NCBI GenBank assembly: GCA_015068855.1
Contig: SVJS01000006.1
Span: 10,105-74,104 of the forward strand
Direction: 5' to 3'
Source: Oscillospiraceae bacterium
Lineage (GTDB): Bacteria > Bacillota > Clostridia > UBA1381 > UBA9506
Length of the DNA: 64,000 nt
This document shows, piece by piece, positions 1-11,203 of this stretch. Below the pieces are notes generated by a model, which was not told the DNA's origin, did no database searches, and saw nothing but the letters and a program-made list of their open reading frames with translations. How positions within the stretch are numbered: the first letter of the stretch is position 1; each line of letters opens with the position of its first letter. The position numbers and the translations under genes are program-made.

Positions 1-249
1 GTTTGTAACCGCAACAATGTTGTCCATCAAAAGGTCCGGCTTGCGGAACACGTTGGTGTTAATGGTTTGCAACGTGTATTGCTTGCCGTCATTCATGATG
101 ATACGATACGTGGTATTAATGTGGCCACGGACAATCGGTAAAATCTTGTTTGCCTCTCCGTTTAGTACAAATTGCCCGATGACGTGTTTAATATGCTCCA
201 CGAGCGCAACCTCCTCGCGTTTATATGTTTTTGTTTTGAAAATAGTCAT
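1..249 (-). CDS. N-acetylhexosamine 1-kinase-like phosphotransferase (APH family), N-terminal fragment; gene runs off the window
   Basis: Reverse-strand ATG at 249-247 opens MTIFKTKTYKREEVALVEHIKHVIGQFVLNGEANKILPIVRGHINTTYRIIMNDGKQYTLQTINTNVFRKPDLLMDNIVAVTN. The GHINTTY..Y.LQ.IN..VF...LM.N...VT pattern matches my recollection of the NahK N-terminus. It is absent from the ORF track because the window edge truncates it. The listed + ORF 17..280 is its antisense shadow. Confidence 0.6.
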   Translation of the reverse strand, partial: MTIFKTKTYKREEVALVEHIKHVIGQFVLNGEANKILPIVRGHINTTYRIIMNDGKQYTLQTINTNVFRKPDLLMDNIVAVTN

Positions 250-360
250 AAATTTGTATAATATACTGAGTTCATTATAAAATAAAAAAAATTAAATAGC
301 AAGGATAATTATTTTTTTAACATTCTTTTTATATTAACACAATAAAATAAGTAAAAAGTT

Positions 361-389
361 TTGACATTGACCATGAAAAATAGTATAAT
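361..389 (+). promoter_or_regulatory. sigma-A type promoter for uvrA
   Basis: TTGACA (361-366), 17-nt spacer, TATAAT (384-389). It lies 30 nt upstream of the uvrA start, with RBS AAAGGAG at about 408. Confidence 0.7.
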
Positions 390-419
390 AAACGCAAGAA
401 CGCCAAAAGGAGAAAGCAA

Positions 420-3260
420 ATGCCTAAGGATCAAATTTACATTAAAGGTGCCAAGGAACACAACCTTAAAAACATCAGTGTCAGCATCCCCCGCGATAAG
501 CTTGTTGTGTTAACAGGTTTGTCCGGCTCCGGAAAATCCTCCCTGGCCTTTGATACCATTTACGCTGAGGGACAACGTCGCTACATGGAGTCCTTGTCTT
601 CTTATGCCCGTCAGTTCCTGGGCATGATGGAAAAACCCGACGTTGAGCTGATTGACGGTCTTTCTCCTGCCATCAGTATAGATCAGAAAACAACGAATAA
701 AAATCCCCGTTCAACCGTTGGAACCGTTACGGAGATTTATGACTATCTCCGTTTGTTATATGCCCGCATCGGTATTCCCCATTGTCCGAAATGCGGAAAA
801 GAAATTAAAAAACAAACCGTTGACCAGATTGTTGACCAGGTTTTACTCTTGGAATCCGGCACAAAATTTCAGATTTTAGCCCCCGTCATCCGCGGTAAAA
901 AAGGCGAACATCAAAAGCTGTTTGAGGATGCCAAACGCAGCGGTTATGTGCGCGTTCGGGCTGATGGCATCATTTACGATTTATCAGAGAGCATCAGCCT
1001 TGAAAAAAACAAAAAACACAACGTGGAAATTGTGATCGACAGACTTGTCGCAGGCGGTGACCACAAAAAGCGTCTGGCCGATTCCATCGAAACCGCTTTG
1101 AGGTTGGCTGACGGGCTTGTTATGGTTGATGTGATCGGTGGGGAGCCGCTTCTGTTTAGCGAAAACTATGCCTGTGATGATTGCGGCATCAATTTTGAAG
1201 AATTAGAGCCCCGCATGTTTTCCTTTAACAGTCCTTTTGGTGCTTGCCCGCATTGTGCCGGTCTTGGTAACCAAATGAAAATTGACCCTGAACTTGTTAT
1301 CAACTTCAAAAAATCTTTGAATGAGGGTGCTGTTTCCGCTATCGGATGGGGCAACGCCGATAATACGGAAAGTGTTTCCTACATGTATTTCACCGCCTTA
1401 GCCGACCGCTATAGTTTTTCACTGGATACACCCCTTTGTGACTTGCCCGATGAAATTGTTGATATTTTACTCTATGGCACACGGGGAGAAAAGCTAAATC
1501 TTTCCTACGAACGCTCCTACGGAACCGCCAATTACAGAGCTGCCTTTGAGGGCATCATTAACAACTTAGAGCGTCGTTACAGTGAAACAAGCAGCGAATT
1601 TATGAAAGCAGAATATGAAAAGATGATGAGCTTCACAGAGTGTCCCGTCTGCCATGGAAAGCGCTTAAAGCCTGAGCCTTTGGCAGTAACTGTGGGCGAT
1701 CTAAATATTTGGGAGTTATGTCAGCTTTCCGTTCGTGAGTGCCTACGGTTTTTTGAAAATTTGACTCTGACTGACCGGGAAACCGCCATCGCCCGCTTGA
1801 TTTTGAAAGAAATCAAAGAGCGTTTGGGCTTTTTGGTGGATGTGGGCCTTGAATATCTCTCGCTGAGCCGCTCAGCCGGAACTCTCTCCGGTGGCGAGGC
1901 GCAACGCATTCGCCTGGCTACACAAATCGGTTCCAGCCTGATGGGTGTTCTGTATATCCTGGACGAGCCCTCTATCGGTCTCCACCAGCGTGATAACGAT
2001 AAGCTGCTCGCCACCTTAAAGCAATTACGCGATTTAGGGAACACCTTAATTGTTGTTGAACACGATGCCGATACCATGATGGCCGCTGACTATATCGTCG
2101 ATATCGGCCCCGGTGCCGGTGTTCACGGCGGCGAAGTTGTTGCAAGCGGCACTGTAGAAGAAATTATGGCCTGCGAGCAATCCCTGACGGGGCAATATTT
2201 AAGCGGCAAAAAAGAAATTCCCGTCCCCACGGTTCGCCGCAAAGGCAACGGTCACAAGCTTTCGGTTAAAGGTGCCGCACAAAATAACCTGAAGCAGATT
2301 GATGTGGACATTCCTTTGGGAACGTTTTGCGTTGTCACAGGCGTTTCAGGTTCCGGTAAATCCTCCCTTGTCAACGAAATTGTTTATAAGTACCTGGCCC
2401 GCGAGCTCAACCGTGCTCACGTGATTCCGGGCAAGGTGAAAACCATTCAAGGTCTGGAATATTTAGATAAGGTCATTGATATTGACCAATCCCCTATCGG
2501 TCGCACACCCCGCTCCAATCCGGCTACCTATACGGGTTTGTTCGGCGACATCCGTGATGTGTTTGCCGCAACAACTGAATCCAAGATGCGTGGCTATAAG
2601 CCGGGCCGTTTCAGCTTCAACGTTAAGGGCGGTCGCTGCGAGGCCTGCTCCGGCGACGGTATCATTAAAATTGAGATGCATTTTCTGCCCGATGTCTATG
2701 TGCCCTGCGAGGTTTGTAAGGGCATGCGTTATAATCGTGAAACCTTAGACGTAAGATATAAAGGCAAGAACATTTATGATGTTTTGGAAATGACAGCAGA
2801 AGAAGGTCTTGACTTTTTCAAAAACATGCCGCGCCTTGCCCGCAAACTCCAAACCCTTTGCGACGTTGGACTGTCCTATGTCAAAATCGGTCAGCCGTCA
2901 ACTCAATTGTCCGGTGGCGAAGCGCAGCGAGTTAAGCTGGCGACAGAGCTGTCAAAACGCAGCACGGGTAAAACGATTTACATTTTGGATGAGCCAACAA
3001 CCGGTCTGCACACGGCTGATGTTCACAAGCTTTTGGAAGTCTTGCAACGTTTGGTTGATGCCGGCAATACCGTTCTGGTTATCGAGCATAATCTGGATGT
3101 GATTAAATGTGCGGACTATATTATTGATTTAGGTCCCGAAGGCGGCACAGGTGGTGGTCAGGTTGTTGCCACGGGCACGCCGGAGGAAATCTGTGAGTGT
3201 CCCGAGTCCTACACAGGCCATTATTTGAAACGCGAACTGTCTAAGCATTTTAAGAAATAA
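420..3260 (+). CDS. uvrA: excinuclease ABC subunit A
   Basis: 946 aa. Two ABC ATPase modules are present ([14 protein letters not shown] and [11 protein letters not shown] Walker A; LSGGEAQR twice). Zinc-finger Cys pairs are present ([35 protein letters not shown]). Confidence 0.97.
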   Translation: MPKDQIYIKGAKEHNLKNISVSIPRDKLVVLTGLSGSGKSSLAFDTIYAEGQRRYMESLSSYARQFLGMMEKPDVELIDGLSPAISIDQKTTNKNPRSTVGTVTEIYDYLRLLYARIGIPHCPKCGKEIKKQTVDQIVDQVLLLESGTKFQILAPVIRGKKGEHQKLFEDAKRSGYVRVRADGIIYDLSESISLEKNKKHNVEIVIDRLVAGGDHKKRLADSIETALRLADGLVMVDVIGGEPLLFSENYACDDCGINFEELEPRMFSFNSPFGACPHCAGLGNQMKIDPELVINFKKSLNEGAVSAIGWGNADNTESVSYMYFTALADRYSFSLDTPLCDLPDEIVDILLYGTRGEKLNLSYERSYGTANYRAAFEGIINNLERRYSETSSEFMKAEYEKMMSFTECPVCHGKRLKPEPLAVTVGDLNIWELCQLSVRECLRFFENLTLTDRETAIARLILKEIKERLGFLVDVGLEYLSLSRSAGTLSGGEAQRIRLATQIGSSLMGVLYILDEPSIGLHQRDNDKLLATLKQLRDLGNTLIVVEHDADTMMAADYIVDIGPGAGVHGGEVVASGTVEEIMACEQSLTGQYLSGKKEIPVPTVRRKGNGHKLSVKGAAQNNLKQIDVDIPLGTFCVVTGVSGSGKSSLVNEIVYKYLARELNRAHVIPGKVKTIQGLEYLDKVIDIDQSPIGRTPRSNPATYTGLFGDIRDVFAATTESKMRGYKPGRFSFNVKGGRCEACSGDGIIKIEMHFLPDVYVPCEVCKGMRYNRETLDVRYKGKNIYDVLEMTAEEGLDFFKNMPRLARKLQTLCDVGLSYVKIGQPSTQLSGGEAQRVKLATELSKRSTGKTIYILDEPTTGLHTADVHKLLEVLQRLVDAGNTVLVIEHNLDVIKCADYIIDLGPEGGTGGGQVVATGTPEEICECPESYTGHYLKRELSKHFKK

Positions 3261-3273
3261 AGAGGACATTGTT

Positions 3274-4005
3274 ATGAAGACAAAAAAAGCAAATAACGCT
3301 CCTTTCGTCAGTTGTATTGTTGCCGCCGGCGGCCGTGGAAGCCGTATGGGGGCAGACATTAACAAAATCTTTTTAGAATACGGCGAAATGCCTGTTTTAG
3401 CGCACACGCTTTTAGCGCTCGAACACTCTCCCGTCATTTCTGAAATTGTTATCGTTGCCGCCGAGCCGGATATGCTGGGCTGCAAGGATATCGCTGAGGC
3501 GTATGGCATCAAAAAACTGTCTGCCATCACAGTCGGCGGCGCTGAGCGGCAGGATTCGGTGCGAAACGGCCTATCTGCCATTTCCTCTGAGGCGGACATT
3601 GTTTTGATTCATGACGCTGCCCGTCCCCTGGTAACGGGCAAGGTGCTCGCTGAGGTTGTGGATGCTGTTTGCGAGGTGGGCGCTGCCGCAACAGGAGTGG
3701 CTTGCAAGAACACCTTAAAAGTTGCTGACGAAAACGGCTTTATCATTAACACCCCTGACCGTAGCCATATGTTTGAAATTCAGACGCCGCAGGGGTTTAC
3801 TCCGGACTTAATTCGGGAAGCGCACAGACAGGCACAGGCAGACGGTATTATCGGCACAGATGATTGCTTTTTGGTCGAGCGACTGAATAAGCCCGTTCAG
3901 ATTGTACCGGGCGATTACCGGAACATCAAAATCACAACCCCTGAGGATTTATGTTTAGCTGAGCAGTACATGATTTTGCAAGCAGAAGAAAAGGAGAATG
4001 CATGA
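3274..4005 (+). CDS. ispD: 2-C-methyl-D-erythritol 4-phosphate cytidylyltransferase
   Basis: 243 aa. It has the [10 protein letters not shown] nucleotide-binding motif, IHDAARP and QTPQGF motifs. It starts 13 nt after uvrA. Confidence 0.93.
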   Translation: MKTKKANNAPFVSCIVAAGGRGSRMGADINKIFLEYGEMPVLAHTLLALEHSPVISEIVIVAAEPDMLGCKDIAEAYGIKKLSAITVGGAERQDSVRNGLSAISSEADIVLIHDAARPLVTGKVLAEVVDAVCEVGAAATGVACKNTLKVADENGFIINTPDRSHMFEIQTPQGFTPDLIREAHRQAQADGIIGTDDCFLVERLNKPVQIVPGDYRNIKITTPEDLCLAEQYMILQAEEKENA

Positions 4006-4487
4006 TGGATATTCGAATTGGACATGGTTATGATGCCCACCGCTTTACTGAGGGCAGACCGCTGATTATAGGTGGCGTTACAATCCCTTATGAAAAAGGA
4101 CTGTTAGGTCACTCTGATGCCGATGTTCTCCTGCATGCTTTAATGGATTCCATGCTGGGTGCGCTGGCCTTAGGCGACATCGGGAAGCATTTTCCCGATA
4201 CGGACAATGCCTACTTAGGTGCTGACAGCACCGAGCTTTTGCGCCATGTAAACCGCATGATCCATGAGCATGGCTATGTTCTTTCTAACGCAGATATTAC
4301 GATTTTAGCACAGGCACCGAAGCTTGCCCCCCATATCCTCTCCATGCGAGAAACGATTGCAGGCGTTTTGAACGTCCCTCTCTCCGCCATTTCCGTAAAG
4401 GCCTCCACAACCGAGAAAATGGGCTTTGAGGGTCGTTTGGAGGGCATGAGTTGTCATGCCGTTTGTTGTTTGAAAAATTTGTCTTAA
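4002..4487 (+). CDS. ispF: 2-C-methyl-D-erythritol 2,4-cyclodiphosphate synthase
   Basis: 161 aa. Motifs are [22 protein letters not shown] and [10 protein letters not shown]. It has a 4-nt ATGA overlap with ispD. Confidence 0.95.
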   Translation: MMDIRIGHGYDAHRFTEGRPLIIGGVTIPYEKGLLGHSDADVLLHALMDSMLGALALGDIGKHFPDTDNAYLGADSTELLRHVNRMIHEHGYVLSNADITILAQAPKLAPHILSMRETIAGVLNVPLSAISVKASTTEKMGFEGRLEGMSCHAVCCLKNLS

Positions 4488-4490
4488 CAC

Positions 4491-4519
4491 TTGCTATTTT
4501 TGTCTATATTTGATATACT
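4491..4519 (+). promoter_or_regulatory. sigma-A type promoter for cysE-cysS-mrnC
   Basis: TTGCTA (4491-4496), 17-nt spacer, TATACT (4514-4519). It sits immediately after the ispF stop. Confidence 0.55.
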
Positions 4520-4605
4520 ATATATTTGTACGGGCGCTACATGCAAGTCCGCACTCTTTCTATGAAGAAGATGCTATGGATTCAGATTTTGTATAAGCGG
4601 AGGGA

Positions 4606-5262
4606 ATGCCTTTGTTCAGCAACATGAAAAGCGATATCAGAGCCATTCGGGAACGTGATCCGGCTGCCAGAAACTCTTTGGAAGTTTTCTTGATGTATTC
4701 CGGTTTTCACGCTATCTGTTGGCATCGCCTTGCCCATCGTTTATATAAACTCAGGCTCTTTGGTCTGGCCAGATTCATTTCCCAGGCCAACCGCTTTTTT
4801 ACCGGCATTGAAATCCACCCCGGCGCCACCATCGGTCGTGGCCTCTTCATTGACCACGGCATGGGGGTTGTCATCGGTGAAACCACAGAAATTGGTGATA
4901 ACTGCACCTTATATCAGGGTGTGACCTTAGGCGGTACCGGAAAAGAAAGCGGCAAGCGCCACCCTACCTTGGGAAACAACGTCATGGTGGGAAGCGGTGC
5001 CAAAATTTTAGGTCCCTTTAAGGTTGGCGATAATTCAAAAATTGCAGCCGGTGCTGTTGTTTTGAGTGAGGTCCCGCCGAATTCAACCTGCGTCGGTGTT
5101 CCGGCGCGAATCATTAAGATTAACGATAAACGGGTCAGTGATTTAGACCAGATACATATTCCCGACCCGGTTTCTCAGGAGCTTTGTCGCCTGCAAGCCC
5201 GTTTGGACAAACTGGAAAAGAAACTGGCCGAAGAAGCCGCAAAGCCCGACAATATTGACTAA
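4606..5262 (+). CDS. cysE: serine O-acetyltransferase
   Basis: 218 aa. It has hexapeptide-repeat left-handed beta-helix motifs ([33 protein letters not shown]; [16 protein letters not shown]). The start is ambiguous: GGAGGGA abuts ATG 4606, so TTG 4612 or ATG 4624 may be the real start. Confidence 0.9.
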   Translation: MPLFSNMKSDIRAIRERDPAARNSLEVFLMYSGFHAICWHRLAHRLYKLRLFGLARFISQANRFFTGIEIHPGATIGRGLFIDHGMGVVIGETTEIGDNCTLYQGVTLGGTGKESGKRHPTLGNNVMVGSGAKILGPFKVGDNSKIAAGAVVLSEVPPNSTCVGVPARIIKINDKRVSDLDQIHIPDPVSQELCRLQARLDKLEKKLAEEAAKPDNID

Positions 5263-5280
5263 AAAAGGATGATGTAGCCA

Positions 5281-6693
5281 ATGAAGATTTATAATACCAT
5301 GACCCGCAAAAAAGAAGAATTTGTGCCCTTAGTGCCCGGAGAAGTTAAAATGTATTCCTGCGGTCCTACGGTTTACAATTTCTTTCATATCGGCAACGCC
5401 CGTCCCTTTATTATTTTTGACACACTTCGCCGCTATTTTGAATATCTGGGCAACAAAGTTACCTTTGTTCAGAATTTTACGGACATTGACGATAAAATGA
5501 TTAAAAACGCCAACGAGCAAGGCGTTACGGTTCGCGAACTGGCTGACCGTTTTATTGCTGAATATTTTCAGGATGCAAAGGGATTATCTATTCGCGAAGC
5601 CACCATTCATCCCCGCGCAACCGATAACATTGATGCTATTATTAAAACCATTGAAGCCTTAATTGAAAAAGGCTATGCATACGAAGCAGAAGGCGATGTT
5701 TATTTTGAAACTGCCCGTTTTGCTGAATATGGCAAACTGTCCGGCCAGCCCTTGGAAGAGCTTGCTGCCGGCGCCCGTATCGGCGTTGACGAACGCAAGA
5801 AAAATCCCATGGACTTTGCGCTTTGGAAAAATAAGAAAGAGGGCGAACCGGCCTGGAAAAGCCCCTGGGGCGAAGGCCGTCCCGGTTGGCATATCGAATG
5901 CTCCGCCATGGTTAACCGCTATTTAGGCGAAACCATCGACATTCATTCCGGCGGACAGGATTTGATTTTCCCGCATCACGAAAACGAAATTGCGCAGAGC
6001 GAATGTGCCACAGGCAAGCCCTTTGCCCGTTATTGGATGCACAATGGCTACATTAACGTTAACAACGAAAAAATGGCTAAGTCCAAAGGCAATTTCTTTA
6101 CCGTTCGTGATGTTGCTGCTAAATACGACTATGAGGTTATCCGCTTCTTTATGCTGAGCGCACATTATCGCAGCGCTATCAATTTCTCTGATGAGCTGCT
6201 GCATCAGTCTGAGACAGGCCTGGAACGTTTATATACTTGCTTATACAACTTAGAGTTTATGCAGGCCAAGGCACAAAAGAAAGCAATCACACCGGACGAA
6301 GAAGCTCTGCTTGCCCGTCTGGATACATTCAAGACACAATTTTGCGATGCCATGGATGATGACTTAAACACAGCAGATGCCATTGCCGCTTTATTTGACA
6401 TGGCTCGTTTTATTAACTCCAACGTGACAGCTGAAAGTGCACCTGCCCTGATTGAGGCTGCCCTGACAAAGTTCCGTGAACTGGGTTCTGTTTTAGGTAT
6501 TCTCTACAAAGAACAGGAAGACAGTGTCAGCGACGAGGTTAAGGCATTGCTCCAAAAACGTAAGGAAGCCCGCCAGAATAAAGACTGGGCCCTGTCTGAC
6601 CAAATCCGTGATGAGCTCAAGGCCATGGGCGTTGAAGTTTTGGATACCCGTCAAGGCATGAAGCTTAACATTAAGAGGCACGCTGATGCATAA
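5281..6693 (+). CDS. cysS: cysteine--tRNA ligase
   Basis: 470 aa class I aaRS. It has the HIGN signature (FHIGNARP), the KMSKS-type loop (KMAKSKGN) and WHIECS zinc-site residues. Confidence 0.96.
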   Translation: MKIYNTMTRKKEEFVPLVPGEVKMYSCGPTVYNFFHIGNARPFIIFDTLRRYFEYLGNKVTFVQNFTDIDDKMIKNANEQGVTVRELADRFIAEYFQDAKGLSIREATIHPRATDNIDAIIKTIEALIEKGYAYEAEGDVYFETARFAEYGKLSGQPLEELAAGARIGVDERKKNPMDFALWKNKKEGEPAWKSPWGEGRPGWHIECSAMVNRYLGETIDIHSGGQDLIFPHHENEIAQSECATGKPFARYWMHNGYINVNNEKMAKSKGNFFTVRDVAAKYDYEVIRFFMLSAHYRSAINFSDELLHQSETGLERLYTCLYNLEFMQAKAQKKAITPDEEALLARLDTFKTQFCDAMDDDLNTADAIAALFDMARFINSNVTAESAPALIEAALTKFRELGSVLGILYKEQEDSVSDEVKALLQKRKEARQNKDWALSDQIRDELKAMGVEVLDTRQGMKLNIKRHADA

Positions 6694-7099
6694 GCCGTTT
6701 TTTGAAAGTCTGGACCCCCAGACTGCCGGCACATACTCTCCCCTTGCCTTAGCTTTTGTGGGAGATGCCGTTTATGAGCAATTTATCCGCACAAAAATTC
6801 TGTTGATGGCTAACACCTCCGCCAACAAATTACATCATCGGGCGGTTCATTTTGTAAAAGCCTCTGCACAGAGTTTAGCTGCAAAAACCCTGCTCCCCAT
6901 TCTGACTGAAACGGAAGAAGCTATTTTCAAGCGCGGTCGCAACGCGCACTCTGCTTCCGTTCCCAAAAATGCGGATGTAACAGAATACCGAATGGCAACC
7001 GGTTTTGAAGCCCTGCTTGGCTATCTTTACTTAACCGGTCAGGAGGAGCGATTGGGCGAGTTAATGGAACTCTCATTTTCTGCTATTCCCTTCGAATAA
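6686..7099 (+). CDS. mrnC: Mini-ribonuclease 3
   Basis: 137 aa. It has [12 protein letters not shown] and [13 protein letters not shown], the RNase III-like signature of the YazC/MrnC family. It overlaps cysS by 8 nt. The position after cysS matches Bacillus synteny. Confidence 0.88.
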   Translation: MHKPFFESLDPQTAGTYSPLALAFVGDAVYEQFIRTKILLMANTSANKLHHRAVHFVKASAQSLAAKTLLPILTETEEAIFKRGRNAHSASVPKNADVTEYRMATGFEALLGYLYLTGQEERLGELMELSFSAIPFE

Positions 7100-7150
7100 T
7101 CTTTTTATGAAAATCACTCTGCTACATATTGTTAATTTTGGGGTGATTTT

Positions 7151-8005
7151 TTGAAAAAAATAATTGATTGTATGAAGGTCTATGGCATTATTTCGTTTGG
7201 TGCAACCATCGCTGCGCTGGGCGTCAGTTTGTTTTTAATGCCCGTTCAGCTAGTGGCAGGCGGTCTTTCCGGCATCGGCATTATTTTGCACCGTTTGTGG
7301 GCTTTCCCCGTCGGTTTCTTTATGCTTCTTGCCAACATTCCCCTGTTTATTCTGGGGTGTCGCACGCTTAGCAAAACGTTTTTATTCCGTTCCGTTTACG
7401 GATCTGTTCTCTTTTCTGTGTTGACAGATAGTTTGTCAGGCATTGCGCCCATAACAAATAACGCCTTGCTTTGTTCTCTCTTTGGCGGAGGCCTTTTAGG
7501 GCTTGGCATTGGCATTATGTTCTGGAAAGGCGCCACAACCGGCGGCACGGATATTGTTGCGCATCTTTTGCATAAGCACATCTCTTTCATTGATGTCGGC
7601 AAGTGGATGCTCATCGTGGATGCTTCTGTTATTCTTTTTTCTGCCGTCTTATTTGGCGATATGGAAGCTGGCTTGTATGGCGTTTTAGCGGCTGTTATCA
7701 GCGGGTTTTTAATTGATTATGCCCTGCAAGGTGCCGACCAGGCAAAGCAGGTCATCATTGTTTCTGCTGCAGCAGAACCGATTTCCCGTGACATTATGGA
7801 CAAGCTTTCCCGCGGTGTAACAGGGTTATTTAGCCGCGGTATGTATGCAGGCAAGGAAGGGCTGGCGCTTTTATGTATCGTTCGCCGGCAGGAACTTCCC
7901 GGCCTTGAAGCCATCGTGCATAAGCACGACCCAAATGCGTTTATTATCTTTTCCACAGCCCGCGAGGTTGTTGGCGAAGGTTTTAAAAATAATTTAGTTA
8001 ATTAA
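7151..8005 (+). CDS. YitT-family membrane protein (DUF2179 C-terminal domain)
   Basis: 284 aa with a TTG start. It has about 5-6 hydrophobic helices followed by a soluble C-terminal domain (VIIVS...IMDKL.RGVT...G.Y...L.CIV.R.E...L..IV...DPNAFI), as is typical of YitT/YpjC proteins. Confidence 0.8.
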   Translation: MKKIIDCMKVYGIISFGATIAALGVSLFLMPVQLVAGGLSGIGIILHRLWAFPVGFFMLLANIPLFILGCRTLSKTFLFRSVYGSVLFSVLTDSLSGIAPITNNALLCSLFGGGLLGLGIGIMFWKGATTGGTDIVAHLLHKHISFIDVGKWMLIVDASVILFSAVLFGDMEAGLYGVLAAVISGFLIDYALQGADQAKQVIIVSAAAEPISRDIMDKLSRGVTGLFSRGMYAGKEGLALLCIVRRQELPGLEAIVHKHDPNAFIIFSTAREVVGEGFKNNLVN

Positions 8006-8029
8006 AATTTTTGAAAGGGGCGAAAGAAA

Positions 8030-8878
8030 GTGGATAAGACAAGAGTCAAGGAGCTGAAAATTACGGCTGACAAAATCCGTAAGAATGCGCTCACGGCTGT
8101 TTACAACGCCTCCTCCGGTCATCCGGGAGGTTCTTTATCCATCGCGGATGTATTATCCGTACTCTACTTCGAGGTTATGAACATTGACCCGAAGAATCCG
8201 AAAATGGAGGACAGAGACAGATTTGTTCTCTCCAAAGGTCACTGTGCACCGGCACTGTATGGCGCACTGGCTGAAAGAGGCTTTTTCCCTGTTGCTGATT
8301 GTGCTACTTTCCGTCGGGCAGATAGCTATTTGCAAGGTCATCCCGATATGAAAGGTGTGCCCGGCGTTGATATGTCCACCGGTTCATTAGGTCAGGGCAT
8401 CTGTGCTGCAAACGGCATGGCGCTGGCTGCAAAAATCGACAACAAAGACTACCGTGTATACTCTATCTTAGGTGACGGCGAGTTGGAAGAAGGTCAGGTT
8501 TGGGAAGCTGCTATGTTTGCTGCTCACTATAAACTTGACAATTTAACTGCATTCGTTGATTTCAACGGTTTGCAGATTGACGGTGAGATTGAAAAGGTTA
8601 TGTCTCCCCTGCCTATTGATGAAAAATTCAAGGCTTTCAACTGGCATGTTATCGTAACAGATGCACATGACCCCGAAAAGCTTTATGATGCAATTTGCGA
8701 AGCTAAAACCGTTAAGGGAAAACCCACCGTTGTTATCATGAAGAGTGTTAAGGGTAAGGGCGTTTCCTTTATGGAAAATCAGGCCGGCTGGCATGGCAGC
8801 GCTCCCAACGAAGAGCAGTATAATCAGGCTATTGCTGAGCTTGATGCACATATCAAAGAATTGGAGGTAGAAGGCTGA
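8030..8878 (+). CDS. transketolase, N-terminal (TPP-binding) subunit
   Basis: 282 aa with a GTG start. Motifs are SGHPGGSLS, SKGHCAPALY, GSLGQG and the GDGELEEGQVWEA TPP motif. Confidence 0.93.
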   Translation: MDKTRVKELKITADKIRKNALTAVYNASSGHPGGSLSIADVLSVLYFEVMNIDPKNPKMEDRDRFVLSKGHCAPALYGALAERGFFPVADCATFRRADSYLQGHPDMKGVPGVDMSTGSLGQGICAANGMALAAKIDNKDYRVYSILGDGELEEGQVWEAAMFAAHYKLDNLTAFVDFNGLQIDGEIEKVMSPLPIDEKFKAFNWHVIVTDAHDPEKLYDAICEAKTVKGKPTVVIMKSVKGKGVSFMENQAGWHGSAPNEEQYNQAIAELDAHIKELEVEG

Positions 8879-9816
8879 TGGGAAAGATTGCAACCAGAGA
8901 AGCTTATGGTTTGGCCTTGGCTGAATTCGGTGAAAAATATGACATCATCGTGCTTGATGCCGACCTGTCCAAATCTACAAAAACTGATACATTCAAAAAG
9001 AAATTCCCCGAACGGTTCATCAACGCCGGCATCGCAGAAGCCAGCATGATGACAACTGCCGCAGGTCTTGCTACCACCGGCAAAACCGTTTTTGCCAGCT
9101 CCTTTGCTATGTTTGCCGCAGGCCGTGCATTTGAGCAGGTTAGAAACTCCATCGGTTATCCTAACTTAAATGTTAAAATTGGTGCTACCCATGCAGGTAT
9201 CTCTGTTGGCGAAGATGGTGCCAGCCACCAGTGCTTAGAGGATATCGGTATCATGCGTACCATCCCGAACATGACCATCATCAACCCCGCTGATGCAACA
9301 GAAGCGATTTTAGCCGTTGAAGCTGCTATCAAACATCAGGGTCCTGTTTATCTCCGTTTTGGTCGTCTGGCTGTTCCCGAACTCTTTGACCGTGCTACAT
9401 ATAAGTTTGAGCTGGGCAAGGGTGTTGAACTGGAAGCCGGCACAGATGTAACAATCGTTGCAACCGGTTTAATGGTTCCCGAAGCTTTGGAAGCTAAGAA
9501 AATGTTAGCTGAAGAGGGCATCAATGCACGCGTAATCAACATCCACACAATCAAACCGATTGATAAGGATATCCTGATCAAGGCTGCTAAGGAAACCGGC
9601 GCTATTGTAACCGCTGAGGAACATAACGTGATTGGTGGTTTGGGCAGCGCAGTTGCAGAAGTTCTGTGCGAGAACTTCCCTGTTCCCATGCGTCGCGTTG
9701 GTACACAGGATAAGTTTGGTAAATCCGGTAAGCCCGCTATTCTCTTAGAAGAATATGGTCTGACTGCCGCTAACATTGCCGCTAACGCAAAAGAAGTTAT
9801 CAAACTGAAAAAGTAA
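8878..9816 (+). CDS. transketolase, C-terminal (pyrimidine-binding) subunit
   Basis: 312 aa. Motifs are RFINAGIAEASM, THAGISVGEDGASHQ and MTIINPAD. The start overlaps the stop of the N-terminal subunit (TGATG). Confidence 0.93.
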   Translation: MGKIATREAYGLALAEFGEKYDIIVLDADLSKSTKTDTFKKKFPERFINAGIAEASMMTTAAGLATTGKTVFASSFAMFAAGRAFEQVRNSIGYPNLNVKIGATHAGISVGEDGASHQCLEDIGIMRTIPNMTIINPADATEAILAVEAAIKHQGPVYLRFGRLAVPELFDRATYKFELGKGVELEAGTDVTIVATGLMVPEALEAKKMLAEEGINARVINIHTIKPIDKDILIKAAKETGAIVTAEEHNVIGGLGSAVAEVLCENFPVPMRRVGTQDKFGKSGKPAILLEEYGLTAANIAANAKEVIKLKK

Positions 9817-9837
9817 TGTATCCATACAAATGAAATG

Positions 9838-9875
9838 GCACACAACGCTCTGAGCGTTGTGTGCTTTTCTTTTTG
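9838..9875 (+). terminator. rho-independent terminator after transketolase genes
   Basis: A 12-bp perfect stem, GCACACAACGCT-ctg-AGCGTTGTGTGC (9838-9864), is followed by TTTTCTTTTT. Confidence 0.85.
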
Positions 9876-9885
9876 CATGTACATA

Positions 9886-9914
9886 TAAAAAGCCCTGCGC
9901 ACAGGCACAGGGCT
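9886..9914 (-). terminator. rho-independent terminator after glyA
   Basis: The stem is AGCCCTG (9891-9897) / CAGGGCT (9908-9914). On the minus strand it is followed by TTTTTATAT. It lies 15 nt downstream of the glyA stop. Confidence 0.7.
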
Positions 9915-9928
9915 TTCTTTTAGCTATC

Positions 9929-11167
9929 TTAACGATATAAGGGATATTTAGCGCAAAGAGCTGCAACTCTTTCATTCACTTCATCCTTGTTTGCCTCAAA
10001 ATCAGCCAGAGTCATGTGAATTAACTGACCAATTTCACGCATATCTTCTTCCTTCATTCCACGGGATGTGGAAGCAGGTGTACCGATACGGATACCGCTT
10101 GTGATGAACGGACTTTGAGTTTCAAAAGGAATGGTGTTCTTATTAACCGTAATGTGAACCTCATCCAGCATATGCTCAGCATCTTTTCCTGTTACGCCCA
10201 TGTTGGTCAGGTTAACCAGCATCAAATGGTTATCCGTGCCGCCGGAAACAAGCTCCATACCCTCTTCCATCAGGGTGTTTGCCAGAGTCTTAGCGTTGTT
10301 GATAACCTGCTGCTGATATACCTTAAAATCATCCTGCAAAGCCTCAGCAAGACAAACAGCTTTCGCTGCAATGACATGCATGAGCGGGCCACCCTGAATG
10401 CCGGGGAAAATTGCCTTGTTAATCATCTTTGCATGTTCTTCCTTGCAGAGAATCAAGCCGCCACGGGGACCGCGCAGGGTCTTATGGGTGGTTGTGGTAA
10501 CAAAGTCAGCATAGGGCACGGGATTGGGATGCAATCCTGCTGCAACAAGACCGGCGATGTGTGCCATGTCCACCATGAAATAAGCACCGACTTCTTTTGC
10601 GATGTCAGCAAACTTTGCAAAGTCGATAGTGCGCGGATACGCAGATGCACCGGCCAGAATCAGCTTCGGCTTGTGCTTTAAGGCCAATTGTCTGATTTCG
10701 TCATAATCGATGGTGTTTGTGTCTTCTGTAACACCGTAAGAAACAATGTTAAAATAGGTACCGGAAATGTTAACCGGACTACCGTGGGACAAGTGACCAC
10801 CATGGGATAAATTCATGCTTAAAACGGTGTCACCGGGCTGCAAGGCCGCAAAGAAAACAGCGAGGTTAGCCGATGCGCCCGAGTGAGGCTGCACGTTGGC
10901 ATGCTCCGCTCCAAACAGCTTTTTAGCACGCTCAATGGCTAAATCTTCAACCACATCAACATGCACGCAGCCGCCGTAATAGCGCTTGCCGGGATATCCC
11001 TCTGCATATTTATTGGTTAAAGGCGAACCCATCGCTGCCATAACGGCCGGAGACACAAAGTTCTCAGAAGCAATCAATTCAATGTTCTGATTCTGTCTGC
11101 CAATTTCCTTCTCAATGACCTCAGCCACCTGGGGGTCAATTTTTTTAACGTCGTCTAATGAAAACAT
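9929..11167 (-). CDS. glyA: serine hydroxymethyltransferase
   Basis: 412 aa. Motifs are LIASENF, the [17 protein letters not shown]-lysine motif and [15 protein letters not shown]. Confidence 0.97.
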   Translation of the reverse strand: MFSLDDVKKIDPQVAEVIEKEIGRQNQNIELIASENFVSPAVMAAMGSPLTNKYAEGYPGKRYYGGCVHVDVVEDLAIERAKKLFGAEHANVQPHSGASANLAVFFAALQPGDTVLSMNLSHGGHLSHGSPVNISGTYFNIVSYGVTEDTNTIDYDEIRQLALKHKPKLILAGASAYPRTIDFAKFADIAKEVGAYFMVDMAHIAGLVAAGLHPNPVPYADFVTTTTHKTLRGPRGGLILCKEEHAKMINKAIFPGIQGGPLMHVIAAKAVCLAEALQDDFKVYQQQVINNAKTLANTLMEEGMELVSGGTDNHLMLVNLTNMGVTGKDAEHMLDEVHITVNKNTIPFETQSPFITSGIRIGTPASTSRGMKEEDMREIGQLIHMTLADFEANKDEVNERVAALCAKYPLYR

Positions 11168-11203
11168 CTTACTACTCCTTTTTTGTGTTACTTTGTTGAT
11201 ATC

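Noticed and set aside
17-280. Listed + strand ORF of 87 aa at the start of the window
   Set aside because: It is the antisense shadow of the much better supported minus-strand NahK-like gene (1-249). It has no RBS, and its composition is hydrophobic and Cys-rich, as is typical of antisense frames.
390-419. LexA (Cheo box, CGAACnnnnGTTCG) operator at the uvrA promoter
   Set aside because: Only an isolated GAAC is present (aacgcaaGAACgcc), and there is no inverted partner.
4488-4605. Expected T-box upstream of cysE-cysS
   Set aside because: The spacer is only 118 nt including the promoter. No T-box core or terminator/antiterminator pair is visible.
7111-7150. Possible terminator AAATCAC...GTGATTT-TTTT between mrnC and the YitT-family gene
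   Set aside because: The 7-bp stem has a ~26-nt unpaired loop. The T-run overlaps the TTG start of the next gene. The structure is too weak to call.
9348-9908. 186-aa minus-strand ORF overlapping the transketolase C-terminal subunit
   Set aside because: It is antisense to a strongly supported CDS. Its sequence is low-complexity (Ser/Ala/Pro-rich), it has no RBS, and it crosses two terminators.
10115-10681. 188-aa + strand ORF inside glyA
   Set aside because: It is antisense to glyA. It has no RBS or family resemblance and is a typical long shadow ORF in a highly expressed gene.
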